Source of the DNA: an uncultured delta proteobacterium
Lineage (GTDB): Bacteria > Myxococcota > Myxococcia > Myxococcales > Myxococcaceae
NCBI GenBank assembly: GCA_963796055.1
Contig: CAWCKH010000004.1
Span: 2,784,001 to 2,848,000, forward strand
DNA: 64,000 nucleotides
Reading direction: 5' to 3'
The first letter of the stretch is position 1; the number at the start of each line of letters is the position of its first letter. Both the position numbers and the translations under genes were made by a program. The notes under the pieces were generated by a model. It was not told where the DNA came from and searched no databases. It saw only the letters and a program-made list of their open reading frames with translations. Below, piece by piece: positions 9,182 through 19,157 of this stretch.

Positions 9182-9838
9182 GTGGCGCTCACCGTCCTCT
9201 ACTTCGCCGCGGCCCGGGAACGCGCCGGAACGGCGCAGGAGACGGTGGACTGGACCGGCGGGCCGGTGCGGCAGCTGCTCGAGCAGCTCGCTGTCCGCCA
9301 CCCGGAGCTGCGGCCGCTGCTCCCCCATCTCCGGGTGGCGGTGAACCAGGAGTTCCAGTCGCTGGACGCGCCGGTCCCGGACCGGGCCGAGGTGGCGCTG
9401 GTGCCTCCGGTGGCGGGCGGGTCGGACTGCTTCCGGCTGTCGGATGAGCCCCTGGTGCTGGAGGAGGTGGTGCGCGCCGTCGGCGGACCCGAGCGCGGAG
9501 GGCTGGTCACCTTCACCGGCACGGTGCGCTCCGAGACCCGGGGCCGCCGGGTCCGAGCGCTGAGCTACGAGGCCTACCCGGGGATGGCCGAGCGCGCGAT
9601 GGCGGCGATCGGCCGGGAGATCGAGTCGCGCTGGCCGGGCAGCCGTGCGGCCATCGTGCACCGGGTGGGAACGCTCGTCCCCGGCGACGCGGCGGTGGTG
9701 ATCGCGGTGTCCGCCCCGCATCGTGCGGCGGCCTTCGAGGGCTGCCGCCATGCCATCGAGCGGCTCAAGGCCGACGTCCCCATCTGGAAGAAGGAGCGGT
9801 TCGAGGACGGCGAAGAGTGGGTCGGCCTGGGGCCCTAG
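9182..9838 (+). CDS. MoaD-MoaE fusion (molybdopterin synthase, MoaX-like)
   Basis: VLYFAAARE, VAVNQEF, PPVAGG, then FTGTVR, YEAY, HRVG, PIWKKE. Confidence 0.93.
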   Translation: MALTVLYFAAARERAGTAQETVDWTGGPVRQLLEQLAVRHPELRPLLPHLRVAVNQEFQSLDAPVPDRAEVALVPPVAGGSDCFRLSDEPLVLEEVVRAVGGPERGGLVTFTGTVRSETRGRRVRALSYEAYPGMAERAMAAIGREIESRWPGSRAAIVHRVGTLVPGDAAVVIAVSAPHRAAAFEGCRHAIERLKADVPIWKKERFEDGEEWVGLGP

Positions 9839-9845
9839 TTCCCCG

Positions 9846-10475
9846 TCATTTCTTGTCCGGGGTCGGCGCTGTTGCCGGAGCTGGCGCGGGCGCGGCTGCC
9901 GGTGCGGCGGGCTTTGCGGCAGGAGCGGGGTCGGCCGCGGCGGGGGCTGGGGCAGCCGCCGGAGCGGCGGCCGCGGCGGCTGCGCGCGCGTGTGTAGACA
10001 GCGCCTTGCACCCCTCACTCAGCTCGGCCTGGTGCTCCTCGAGGCACCTGGCGAGCATCCCCCTCGTGTGGGGCACCGAGGCGCAGAGCTTCTGGATGTC
10101 CTCCTTGCACTCGCCGCCTCCGGACGCCCGGAGCTCCGTGAGACGCGCGCGGCAGCTGTTGGACAGCTCACCCTCGTGCTCGTAGAGACAGCGGTAGAGG
10201 CGGCCGCCCCCTGGCTGGACCCCGGCGCAGAACGCCTCGACGTCCGCCTTGCAGGGCGAGTCGGTCTTCACGGCGATGACCGGAGGTGGGGCGGCTGGAG
10301 CTCCGGCGGGTGCGGCTGCGGGTGCCGGTGCGGCCGCGGCAGGAGCGGCCGTCGGCGCGGCGGCGCCGGCCGGGGCAGGCGCGGGCTTGGCCGGGGCAGC
10401 GGGTGGTGGCGCCTGTGCCAGCGCCAGCGCGGCGCTGAGCCCCACCGCCACGAGAACCGCAGATTCAAGCTTCAT
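9846..10475 (-). CDS. Secreted cysteine-rich-repeat protein (GLG1-like) with Ala/Pro-rich flanks
   Basis: Signal peptide; two repeats CKAD..FC..CL..H..ELS..C and CKED..LC..CL..H..ELS..C. Confidence 0.75.
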   Translation of the reverse strand: MKLESAVLVAVGLSAALALAQAPPPAAPAKPAPAPAGAAAPTAAPAAAAPAPAAAPAGAPAAPPPVIAVKTDSPCKADVEAFCAGVQPGGGRLYRCLYEHEGELSNSCRARLTELRASGGGECKEDIQKLCASVPHTRGMLARCLEEHQAELSEGCKALSTHARAAAAAAAPAAAPAPAAADPAPAAKPAAPAAAPAPAPATAPTPDKK

Positions 10476-10581
10476 GGGCTTCTTCCCCTCCGTCGTGCCG
10501 GGACCTGCACGTTGATCCAACAGTCAATCGCGGGGCCATCGGACCAAGGTCCAATGGAGCGGGGGAGCCGCGTGGGTGGGA

Positions 10582-11259
10582 ATGACCCCTCCGATGCGCC
10601 AGAAGCCCCCCGGGCAGCTCGTCCGAGGCGTGCTGACCCCGCTCGACCGGGCTTCCGAGGTGCTGTTCGGCGTGATCATGGCCCTGACCGTCACCGGGGC
10701 GCTGGAAGTCGCGCAGCCGACGGAGAGCGAGACGCGGGCGCTCTTCGTCAGCACCCTGGCGTGCAACATCGCCTGGGGGCTGGTGGACGCGGTCATGTAC
10801 GTCCTCAACGGGGTGCTCGCCCGAGGACGCCGCGCTCTGGTTGCCCGGGGCCTCCGGGAGGGGGTCGACGTGGCCTCCGTCCCGGACCTCCTTGCCGAAG
10901 TCCTCCCGGAGCCGTTCGTGGAGACGCTGAACGCCGCCGAGCTGGAGGCGCTGCGGAGGAAGGTCGTTGCCCACCCGGAGCTCCCCGAGCCGCCGCGGGT
11001 GCACGGCGAAGACCTGCTCGGCGGAGCCGGCGTGTTCCTGCTGGTCGTGGCCGCCACCTTCCCGGTGTCGCTTCCCTTCCTGCTGTTCCGCGACCTGGCG
11101 GTGGCGAAGGCCGTCTCGCGGGGGCTGGCGCTCCTGCTCCTCTTCCTCAGCGGCTACGCGGTGGGCAGGTACTCGGGGCTCGGGCCCCTGCGCATGGGCC
11201 TGGTGGTGCTCGGCATCGGAGTGGTCCTCGTCGTCCTGGTGATGGCGCTCGGCGGATGA
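10582..11259 (+). CDS. VIT1/CCC1-like membrane protein
   Basis: SEVLFGVIMALT, CNIAWGLVDAVMY, several TM helices, ends ALGG. Confidence 0.65.
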   Translation: MTPPMRQKPPGQLVRGVLTPLDRASEVLFGVIMALTVTGALEVAQPTESETRALFVSTLACNIAWGLVDAVMYVLNGVLARGRRALVARGLREGVDVASVPDLLAEVLPEPFVETLNAAELEALRRKVVAHPELPEPPRVHGEDLLGGAGVFLLVVAATFPVSLPFLLFRDLAVAKAVSRGLALLLLFLSGYAVGRYSGLGPLRMGLVVLGIGVVLVVLVMALGG

Positions 11260-11894
11260 GCCCGCGCAGCACCGCCACCTGGCTGCTCGCGCCCACCTTG
11301 CTCGTCTGCAGCGCATCCTGGGCACAGAGCGAGGTCCCCGAGAACGAGGAGAGGCCCTGGAGCCTCGGCGCCTCGCTCTCCTGGTACTTCGTCCGGGACC
11401 AGAAGAACTTCGGGGTGGTCACCGCCACCGCGAATCACGGACCGGTGCATCTGGAAGCCCGTTACAACTACGAGGCGCTGAAGACCGCCTCGACCTTCGT
11501 CGGCTGGAACTTCGAGTTCGGAGAGACGGTCAAGCTCGAGCTCACCCCCATCGTGGGCTGCATGTTCGGCGACGTGGGCGGGCCGATCCTCGGACTGGAG
11601 CTCGCGGTCGGCTGGGGCCCGCTCTCGTTCAGCTCGCAACTGGAATCGGTGTGGGACGTCCAGGAGGGCACCGGGGGCTTCGTCTACGTCTGGTCCGAGC
11701 TCGACGTCCGACCATGGGAGTGGCTCCGCGCGGGAATGGTCGTCCAGCGCACGCGTGTCTTCCACACTGCCCGCGAGGTGGTGCTCGGCCCCCTGCTCGG
11801 GGTGAACTTCTGGAAGCTCGACCTCACCGCGTACTGGTTCCAGCCGGGAGGCATCGACCAGTTCTTCGTGGCGGCGATCGGGGTGAGCTTCTGA
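11256..11894 (+). CDS. Putative outer-membrane beta-barrel protein
   Basis: Signal peptide, aromatic amphipathic strands, ends IGVSF; ATGA overlap. Confidence 0.6.
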   Translation: MSPRSTATWLLAPTLLVCSASWAQSEVPENEERPWSLGASLSWYFVRDQKNFGVVTATANHGPVHLEARYNYEALKTASTFVGWNFEFGETVKLELTPIVGCMFGDVGGPILGLELAVGWGPLSFSSQLESVWDVQEGTGGFVYVWSELDVRPWEWLRAGMVVQRTRVFHTAREVVLGPLLGVNFWKLDLTAYWFQPGGIDQFFVAAIGVSF

Positions 11895-11906
11895 AAGAAC
11901 CCAGCC

Positions 11907-13325
11907 CTACGCCAGTCGCGCCGAGGTTGCCGGCACCGAGGCGGCCGATGCCGGTTGCGCCGAGTCCGGCAGGTAGTGGTCCCGCACCACGTAGCGCCGG
12001 GCGATGAGCGCGAAGCCCAGGGCGGCCAGGTAGGTGAGGCCGGACCAGAAGAGGAACTCGGCCGTGCCGTGGACCAGGCCCAGCTTCTTCACCAGCACCA
12101 CCACGAAGTTCCCCACGAAGGTGGTGAGCAGCCAGAGGCTCATGATGGTCCCCTTCATCCGGACCGGCGCCTGGGTGTACGCGAACTCGAGCCCGGTGGT
12201 GGACACCAGGACCTCGGAGAGGGTGAGCACCAGGTACGGCCCCACCTGCCAGAGCACCGAGGGACGGCTCCCGCTCTCCAGCGCCCGCTGGATGAGCGCC
12301 ACCCCGACGAAGGAGGTCGCGGTGAGCACCAGCCCGGTGCCCATCCGCCACAGCGGGGTGAAGCGGATGCCGCGGCGCTCGAGCCAGGGGTAGAGCGCGT
12401 AGGTGGTCAGGGGGATGAGGATGAGGATCAGCAGCGGGTTCACCGCCTGGAGCTGGCTGGGGGCGAGCGTCAGCGACCCCACCTGGAGGTCCAGGTTCCG
12501 CGCCTGCAGCACCCACAGCGAGGCCTTCTGGTCGAAGCAGGCCCAGAAGAAGGGGATCATCGCGAAGATGCTCGCCACCCCCAGCACGGCCCGCGCCCCG
12601 TCCACGGCCTCCTCGGGATGCGCGGCCCGGGCCCGTGCCCAGAAGCCGCCAGGCGCCTTCCCGAAGAGCCCGGAGAGCAGGACGAAGAGGAACGCGTGCC
12701 GGTCCGGCTCGCGGGGCGGCACCCGCACGTAGAGCTTGCGGCCCGCCCAGAACACCAGCGTGGCGATGGCCATCAGCACCCCGGGGATGCCGAAGGCGAC
12801 GCGCGGACCGAAGTGCTCCAGCACCTTGGGGATGGTGGCCGAGGCGAAGAAGCTGCCGAGGTTGATCGACCAGTAGAACCAGCCGAACACCTTGGGCACG
12901 AGTGAACGGTTGGCGACGGTGAACTGGTCGCCGACGAAGGACGCGACGCACGGTTTGATGCCACCCGAGCCGAGGGCGATGAGGAAGAGCCCGGTATAGA
13001 AGCCGCGCTCGCTGTCCTCGAAGAAGGCCAGGCACGCGTGCCCGGCCACGTACACCAGGCTGAGCCAGAGCACCGTGCGGTACTTCCCCCACCACCAGTC
13101 GGCGAGCACTCCCCCGAGCAAGGGGAAGAGGAACACCCCCATCACGAAGGTGTGGAACACCGCCTGCGCCTGATCGGACCGGTTCCCGGTGTGGCGGGTC
13201 AGGAGGTAGTCGACGAGGAACACCGTGAGGACGTTCCGCATCCCGTAGAAGCTGAAGCGCTCGGCGGCCTCGTTTCCGATGATGTACCGGATCTGCGGCG
13301 GAAAGCGGGGTGCGGCGTCGGTCAC
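11907..13325 (-). CDS. POT/PTR-family peptide:H+ symporter
   Basis: EAAERFSFYG, GSGGIKP, FYWSINLGS; GTG start after GGAG. Confidence 0.92.
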   Translation of the reverse strand: MTDAAPRFPPQIRYIIGNEAAERFSFYGMRNVLTVFLVDYLLTRHTGNRSDQAQAVFHTFVMGVFLFPLLGGVLADWWWGKYRTVLWLSLVYVAGHACLAFFEDSERGFYTGLFLIALGSGGIKPCVASFVGDQFTVANRSLVPKVFGWFYWSINLGSFFASATIPKVLEHFGPRVAFGIPGVLMAIATLVFWAGRKLYVRVPPREPDRHAFLFVLLSGLFGKAPGGFWARARAAHPEEAVDGARAVLGVASIFAMIPFFWACFDQKASLWVLQARNLDLQVGSLTLAPSQLQAVNPLLILILIPLTTYALYPWLERRGIRFTPLWRMGTGLVLTATSFVGVALIQRALESGSRPSVLWQVGPYLVLTLSEVLVSTTGLEFAYTQAPVRMKGTIMSLWLLTTFVGNFVVVLVKKLGLVHGTAEFLFWSGLTYLAALGFALIARRYVVRDHYLPDSAQPASAASVPATSARLA

Positions 13326-13415
13326 GACGGGGTCCTCCGTTCCGCGTGCGGCGGCCAGCCCCTGGCATGGCACGGTCGAATCGAGCACACAACGGTGCCC
13401 TGGCCCCGTGGGCGT

Positions 13416-14457
13416 TCAGCGCCCGAGCGTCATCGACAGCACCTGGCGGACCTCGCCGTAGGTGAGCCATGCCACCGCCGTCACCCCGGCCAGCAGGCTC
13501 ACCGTCTGCAGCAGGGTCTGGACCCGTCCGTCGACGGGGCGCCCCATCGCAGCCTCCCAGAGGGTGAGCAGAATCCGACCCCCATCGAGCGCAGGGAGCG
13601 GCAGGAGGAAGAAGAGGCCCAGCGCGAGCGAGAGCGCGGCCAGGCTGCGGATCAGCGCGTCGGCGCTGGTGCCCGCGGCCTCGGCGGCCCTCCACACCAG
13701 CGCGCCCGCGGTGTGGTTCCGTGCCGACCCGCCCCACGGCTGGGCGAGCAGCTCGCCGGCCTCGCGTAGAATCCGCTGCGCGACCACGCCGGTGTGCAGC
13801 ACCGCCCGCCACAGGGCCTGACCGGGCGGGAGGCGCTCGAACGCGTAGAGCTGCCGGAGGCCGATGCGGGCCCGTCCATCCGCATCGAGCTCGGGCTGGA
13901 CCTCCAGGGTGAGCGTCCCGAGGCCGCGGGCGACGGTGACCGCTGCGGGTGCCCCCGCGGCATGAGTCAGGGCGTCGACCAGCTCGGCCCACCCCTGGAC
14001 CGGCTCCTCGTCCACCGAGACGATGCGATCGCCCGGGCGGAAGCCGGCGCGTGCGGCCAGCGAGCCCGGCTCCACTGCACCCACGACCGTGCCCACCGGC
14101 TGGTGGGTTCCGGTGCCGAAGAGGCCGGCGAGGAGGAGCACCGCCAGGGCCCAGCTCCCCAGCGGCCCGGCGGCGAAGATGGCCATCCGGCGCCCGGCGC
14201 GAGAGCGCGGCGAACGGGACCCCGGATGCACGCGCCGCGTCGTGAGGGTTCTCTCCCTCGAGTCTGAGCCACCCCCCGAAGGGAATCGCCCCCAGGGTCC
14301 ACCGCTGACCGAGGGCGCGGAAGCCGAACAGCGGGGGGCCGATCCCGAAGGAGAAGACGACCGCCCGGGTCCCGAAGACGCGCGCCGCGAGGAGGTGCGC
14401 CAGCTCGTGGGCCGTCAGCAGCACGCCCAGGGCGAGCAGCGCGAGGAGGGCGCGCAT
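13416..14457 (-). pseudogene. Second RseP-like M50 protease (one PDZ), split by frameshift near 14200
   Basis: HELAH/FGIGP/PFGGW in one frame; RRMAIFAAGP, PDZ and LPALDGG in another; one extra base. Confidence 0.8.
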
Positions 14458-14548
14458 GGGTCGGGGGAAGCGTACCAGCGAGGCCGGCCGGGCGGGACAG
14501 CCGATTGAAGCCCCGCCCCTTCGTCTCTAGACTTGCCAGCCCACTCGG

Positions 14549-15061
14549 ATGAACGCACGGATGGCACTCACGGTTCTCGCCGCTTCCGTCATCGGCTGTG
14601 GTGGACGGACACACGACCAGGAGGAAGGGTGCTATGCCCTGACTCCCGTGCGGCCCTCAGGAATCATCCGCGACGAGTGCCAGCTACTCGCCGACGCCGC
14701 TGCCAACCTCGGAGCGCGGCTGACCCTGTCGGGGAACGTGGTGGAGCTCGACTTCCGCTTCTCCACCCCGAGCCAGGGCGAGCTGCTCGACGTCTCGATG
14801 GCCGGCCAGTTCGCCTACGGCGAGGAGGCGTTCAGCGCCGACGGAACGGCGGCGAACATCCTGCTGCCCATCGCGGGCCAGTCCTGCCAGCTCCAGCTGG
14901 TGGACGTGCACCTGGACGCCACCACCGACACCTTCGATCCGTCCCGCTTCACGGGTGTCATCCGCATCACCACCTCGACTCCCAGACCCGAGACGTGCAT
15001 CTGTCAGGCCTGGTTCGAGTACCAGGCCAATCTGAGCAATACCGCAAGCGTCTGTCCCTGA
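14549..15061 (+). CDS. Hypothetical lipoprotein
   Basis: VIGC lipobox, paired cysteines, fills the gap before acs. Confidence 0.7.
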   Translation: MNARMALTVLAASVIGCGGRTHDQEEGCYALTPVRPSGIIRDECQLLADAAANLGARLTLSGNVVELDFRFSTPSQGELLDVSMAGQFAYGEEAFSADGTAANILLPIAGQSCQLQLVDVHLDATTDTFDPSRFTGVIRITTSTPRPETCICQAWFEYQANLSNTASVCP

Positions 15062-15082
15062 ACGAGAAAGAGGAGCGTCAGC

Positions 15083-17041
15083 ATGGCCGACTCAGCCTCC
15101 CCGGAGATCACCTCGGTCCTCACCGAGGGCCGCGTCTTCCCGCCCCCACCCGAGTTCTCGAAGCGGGCGCACATCAAGTCGATGGAGCAGTACCGCGAGC
15201 TGGCCGCGCAGGCCGAGCGCGATCCGGAGGGGTACTGGGGTGCGCGCGGCAAGGAGGAGATCTTCTGGAAGACGCCGTTCCAGAAGGTCCTGGAGTGGAA
15301 GCCGCCGTTCGCCAAGTGGTTCGTCGGCGGGACCACCAACCTCTCGTACAACTGCCTCGACCGGCACCTCGCCACCCACGGTGACAAGACGGCGCTGATC
15401 TTCGAGGGCGAGCCCGGCGACCAGCGGCGCATCAGCTACCGGGAGATGCATGCCGAGGTCTGCAAGCTGGCGAACGGGCTCAAGTCGCTCGGCGTCAAGA
15501 AGGGGGACCGGGTCGGCATCTACCTGCCGATGATCCCCGAGGTCGCCATCGCCATGCTGGCCTGCGCACGGATCGGCGCGGTGCACTCGGTGGTGTTCGG
15601 CGGATTCTCGTCCGAGGCACTCCGGGAACGGATGAACGACGCCGGGGCGAAGCTGGTGATCACCTCGGACGGCGGATGGCGGAAGGGCGCGGCGGTGCCG
15701 CTGAAGGGCAACGTCGACGAGGCGCTCCCGGAGATGCCCACCGTGGAGAAGGTCATCGTGGCCCAGCGCACCGCGAAGACGGCGCCGGCGAAGGGGCCCA
15801 AGGACATCCTCTGGAACGAGCTGGTGTCAGGTCAGTCCGCGACCTGCGAGCCCGAATGGGTGGACGCCGAGCACCCGCTGTTCATTCTCTACACCTCGGG
15901 GTCGACCGGGAAGCCGAAGGGCGTGCTCCACACCACCGGCGGCTACGCGGTGTACGTCTCGCTGAGCACCCGCTGGGTGTTCGACCTGAAGGACTCGGAC
16001 ACCTACTGGTGCACCGCGGACGTGGGCTGGGTCACCGGGCACAGCTACGTGGTCTACGGCCCGTTGATGAACCACGCGACGGCCTTCATGTACGAGGGCG
16101 CCCCCACCACGCCAGGACCGGATCGGTTCTGGGACATGATCGAGCGGAACAAGATCACCATCCTCTACACCGCGCCGACGGCGATCCGCGCCTTCATGCG
16201 GCTCGGGGACGAGCATCCGAAGAAGCACGACATGTCGAGCCTGCGGCTGCTGGGCACGGTGGGTGAGCCGATCAACCCCGAGGCCTGGATCTGGTACCGC
16301 GAGGTCATCGGGGGAGAGCGCTGCCCCATCGTCGACACCTGGTGGCAAACCGAGACCGGCGGGATCATGGTGACCCCGCTCCCCGGTGCCACGCCGACCA
16401 AGCCCGGGAGCGCAACCCTGCCGCTGCCGGGGATCGATGCCAAGGTCCTCGACAAGGACGGCAAGCCGGTGCCGCTCGGCTCGGGCGGGAAGCTGTTCAT
16501 CACCCGGCCGTGGCCCGCGATGCTGCGCACCCTGTATGGAGACCCCGACCGGTACGCGAAGACGTACTTCAGCGAGATCCCGGGCATCTACTTCACCGGT
16601 GACGGCGCGCGAATCGACAAGGACGGCTATCTCTGGGTGATGGGCCGGGTCGACGACGTGGTGAACGTCGCCGGTCACCGCCTGGGCACCGCCGAGGTGG
16701 AGAGCGCGCTGGTGTCGGAAGGCCGGGTGGCCGAGGCGGCGGTGGTGGGCCGGCCGGACGAGCTCAAGGGCACGTCGCTGGTCGCGTTCGTGACCCTGAA
16801 GAAGGGCATCGAGCCGACGGCGGCGATCAAGCAGGCGCTGTCGGCCCACGTGGCGAAGGAGATCGGGGCCATCGCCCGTCCGGACGAGATCCGCTTCGCC
16901 GAGGGTCTCCCCAAGACCCGATCGGGGAAGATCATGCGCCGGCTGCTGCGGGACGTCGCCGCCGGTCGGCAGTCGACCGGCGACACCACCACGCTCGAGG
17001 ACCTCAACGTCCTCGCGGCGCTGAGAAAGGACGAGGAGTAG
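15083..17041 (+). CDS. acs: Acetyl-CoA synthetase
   Basis: [31 protein letters not shown]. Confidence 0.97.
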   Translation: MADSASPEITSVLTEGRVFPPPPEFSKRAHIKSMEQYRELAAQAERDPEGYWGARGKEEIFWKTPFQKVLEWKPPFAKWFVGGTTNLSYNCLDRHLATHGDKTALIFEGEPGDQRRISYREMHAEVCKLANGLKSLGVKKGDRVGIYLPMIPEVAIAMLACARIGAVHSVVFGGFSSEALRERMNDAGAKLVITSDGGWRKGAAVPLKGNVDEALPEMPTVEKVIVAQRTAKTAPAKGPKDILWNELVSGQSATCEPEWVDAEHPLFILYTSGSTGKPKGVLHTTGGYAVYVSLSTRWVFDLKDSDTYWCTADVGWVTGHSYVVYGPLMNHATAFMYEGAPTTPGPDRFWDMIERNKITILYTAPTAIRAFMRLGDEHPKKHDMSSLRLLGTVGEPINPEAWIWYREVIGGERCPIVDTWWQTETGGIMVTPLPGATPTKPGSATLPLPGIDAKVLDKDGKPVPLGSGGKLFITRPWPAMLRTLYGDPDRYAKTYFSEIPGIYFTGDGARIDKDGYLWVMGRVDDVVNVAGHRLGTAEVESALVSEGRVAEAAVVGRPDELKGTSLVAFVTLKKGIEPTAAIKQALSAHVAKEIGAIARPDEIRFAEGLPKTRSGKIMRRLLRDVAAGRQSTGDTTTLEDLNVLAALRKDEE

Positions 17042-17062
17042 AGCGGGGCGGGGCGGCCGCCC

Positions 17063-17581
17063 TCAGGGCCGTTCCTCGGCCTCGCAGTCCTTCGCCACCC
17101 GGAACCCGTCGAGGAACCGGTCCACGTCCGGGGCCCTTCCACGCCACATGGCCATCAACGTGTACACGCACTGGCCGGCGGCGACGACCTGGATCCGGAT
17201 CTCCAGCCCCTGCGCATGGAAGGCACAGCTCTGGGCCGTTCGACCGTCGCCACGCGTTCCCCGGGCGTCGGCGGCGACCTCGTACCCCCGCGCGCGTGCG
17301 AACTCGCCGCAGAAGCCGTCCAGGACTCCCATCGGCTCGAGCCGCCGCCCGGGAGCGGGACGCCGACGCTGCACCAGGAAGCCCTGGTCCTCGTTGCCCC
17401 GGGACTCGATCGAGAGCAGCCGCTGGTTCCCCTCGGTGCGCTCGGCCTCGACACGGAGCGGAGGCGGCAGCTCGGCGCTGAACGTCCCGTCCGGCGCCTC
17501 GTACCGCGGCCAGCTCGGCTTGCAGCCGGCGAGGGTCGCCAGCAGCCCCAGCGCCAGCACCGGGAGCCGATGCTCAGCCAT
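17063..17581 (-). CDS. Hypothetical lipoprotein
   Basis: LAGC lipobox; overlaps the stop of the upstream gene. Confidence 0.65.
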   Translation of the reverse strand: MAEHRLPVLALGLLATLAGCKPSWPRYEAPDGTFSAELPPPLRVEAERTEGNQRLLSIESRGNEDQGFLVQRRRPAPGRRLEPMGVLDGFCGEFARARGYEVAADARGTRGDGRTAQSCAFHAQGLEIRIQVVAAGQCVYTLMAMWRGRAPDVDRFLDGFRVAKDCEAEERP

Positions 17582-18209
17582 GGCGGTCGAGGTGCACCAC
17601 TGCCGCCTCCAGCAGCGCGGCGATGCCCCGCTTCGAGGTGTGGACCAGCTTCCGCCGGAGCGGGGGCGGCGCGCCGGTGTAGAGGGTGCTGACCCGGTGG
17701 TCGAGCTCCGAGCCGCCCCAGAGCAGAACGAGATCCGCCCACTCGAGGTCCAGCCGGGCCTGGGAGAGCGTGCGCCGCTCGGTACCGTCGACCAGCCGGA
17801 GCTCGAGCCGGCCGGAGAGCGCATCGCGCAGCTCCTCGCGCACCGAGGGTGAGCCGCCGACGACGGTCAGCCGGCCGATGCCGGCGCGCTGACATGCCGA
17901 CACCAGCGCTTCCTCGGCCCGGCGGTTGTCGGAGCCGGCGCAGGACGCGCAGGCGGCCCGGTGGGCGGTGCGCACCGCCGTCCGTCCCGAGCGCGCCGCG
18001 GCGTCGACACAGGCCGGCGTCGCGCAGTGCTTGAACAGCCGTTCCTCGAGCGCCGCCCGGGCCCGCTCCTCCTTCGCCGCGCTCATCCGCGCCTTGCCGG
18101 CGCGGGTCAGGCCCACCCGCTCCAGCACCTCGCGGGCGCGCGTCCGGGCATCGGGCAGATCGAAACCCTCGGCCGACAGCCAGGCGTCGATGTCGACGTC
18201 CTGGCTCAC
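17574..18209 (-). CDS. Hypothetical protein: Cys4 zinc-finger-like motif plus DUF2325-like C-terminal domain
   Basis: HCATPAC...CASC; LTVVGG...ADLVLLW..LDH; GTGA overlap with rnhB. Confidence 0.65.
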   Translation of the reverse strand: MSQDVDIDAWLSAEGFDLPDARTRAREVLERVGLTRAGKARMSAAKEERARAALEERLFKHCATPACVDAAARSGRTAVRTAHRAACASCAGSDNRRAEEALVSACQRAGIGRLTVVGGSPSVREELRDALSGRLELRLVDGTERRTLSQARLDLEWADLVLLWGGSELDHRVSTLYTGAPPPLRRKLVHTSKRGIAALLEAAVVHLDRHG

Positions 18210-19063
18210 CGGCCCGACGGTTCCGGAGGAACCGGCGGAGGCTCGAAGAGCAGCTCCTGGATGGGCTCGAGCCCGAGCGCCTGGCGTACCGGGGCGAAGC
18301 TCCGGCGGTGGACGGGGCAGGCGCCGAGCGCGCGCAGCGCGGCCTCGTGCTGCGGCGTGGGGTAGCCCTTGTGCGTCGCAAAGCCGTAGCCCGGATACCG
18401 CGCGTCGAGATCCGCCATGTGCGCGTCGCGCGTCGTCTTGGCGATGATCGAGGCTGCGGCGATGGTCAAGGAGAGCGCGTCGCCATGGATGATCCCCTTC
18501 TGCGGAACGGGGCACTCGGGGATCCGGCGGGCGTCCACCAGGACGAAGCTCGGCGACGGAGACAGCGCGAGCAGCGCGCGGCGGAGCGCGAGGAGCCCGG
18601 CGTGGTAGATGTTGAGCCGGTCGATCTCCTCGACCTCCGCGACCCCCACCGCCCAGGCCACCGCGTCCCGCTTCAGCTCGCCTGCCATGCGCTCGCGGGT
18701 CTCGGCGTCGAGCACCTTGCTGTCGTCGATGCCGCGCAGCTTGTAGCTCCGGGGCAGGATGACCGCCGCCGCCACCACCGGCCCGGCCAGGGGCGCCATC
18801 CCGGCCTCGTCGACGCCGGCCACGTGCAGGTGCCCCTCCTCCCACAGCTCGACCTCGAAGCGGAGCAGGTTGCGGAGCCGCTGGCCCTCCGAGCGGTTCT
18901 TCTCCCGTCGGCCGCGGATGGCACGCGCCAGCTCCCGGGCCGCGCGCCGCTCGTCGTGCTCCAGGGCCTCGAGGAGCCCTTCGGGCACCGGCCGGCCCCG
19001 GATGAGGAACCGCTCCCGGAGCTGGCCGATGGACTGGGCGAGGAACCGCTCGAGATCGGACAT
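18206..19063 (-). CDS. rnhB: Ribonuclease HII with N-terminal extension
   Basis: [44 protein letters not shown]. Confidence 0.95.
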   Translation of the reverse strand: MSDLERFLAQSIGQLRERFLIRGRPVPEGLLEALEHDERRAARELARAIRGRREKNRSEGQRLRNLLRFEVELWEEGHLHVAGVDEAGMAPLAGPVVAAAVILPRSYKLRGIDDSKVLDAETRERMAGELKRDAVAWAVGVAEVEEIDRLNIYHAGLLALRRALLALSPSPSFVLVDARRIPECPVPQKGIIHGDALSLTIAAASIIAKTTRDAHMADLDARYPGYGFATHKGYPTPQHEAALRALGACPVHRRSFAPVRQALGLEPIQELLFEPPPVPPEPSGR

Positions 19064-19157
19064 CGTGACGGGGGAGAACGCTACACGCGTGGACCGACAG
19101 CCTGGAAGTGTCTCGGGGTGCCGGTGGACCGACCTGGCCGACAGGAGGGAGGCGCCT

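Noticed and set aside
9860..10430. Repetitive GCC/CCG-rich DNA suggesting a repeat array or CRISPR
   Set aside because: It encodes Ala/Pro linkers; there is no repeat-spacer periodicity and no cas gene.
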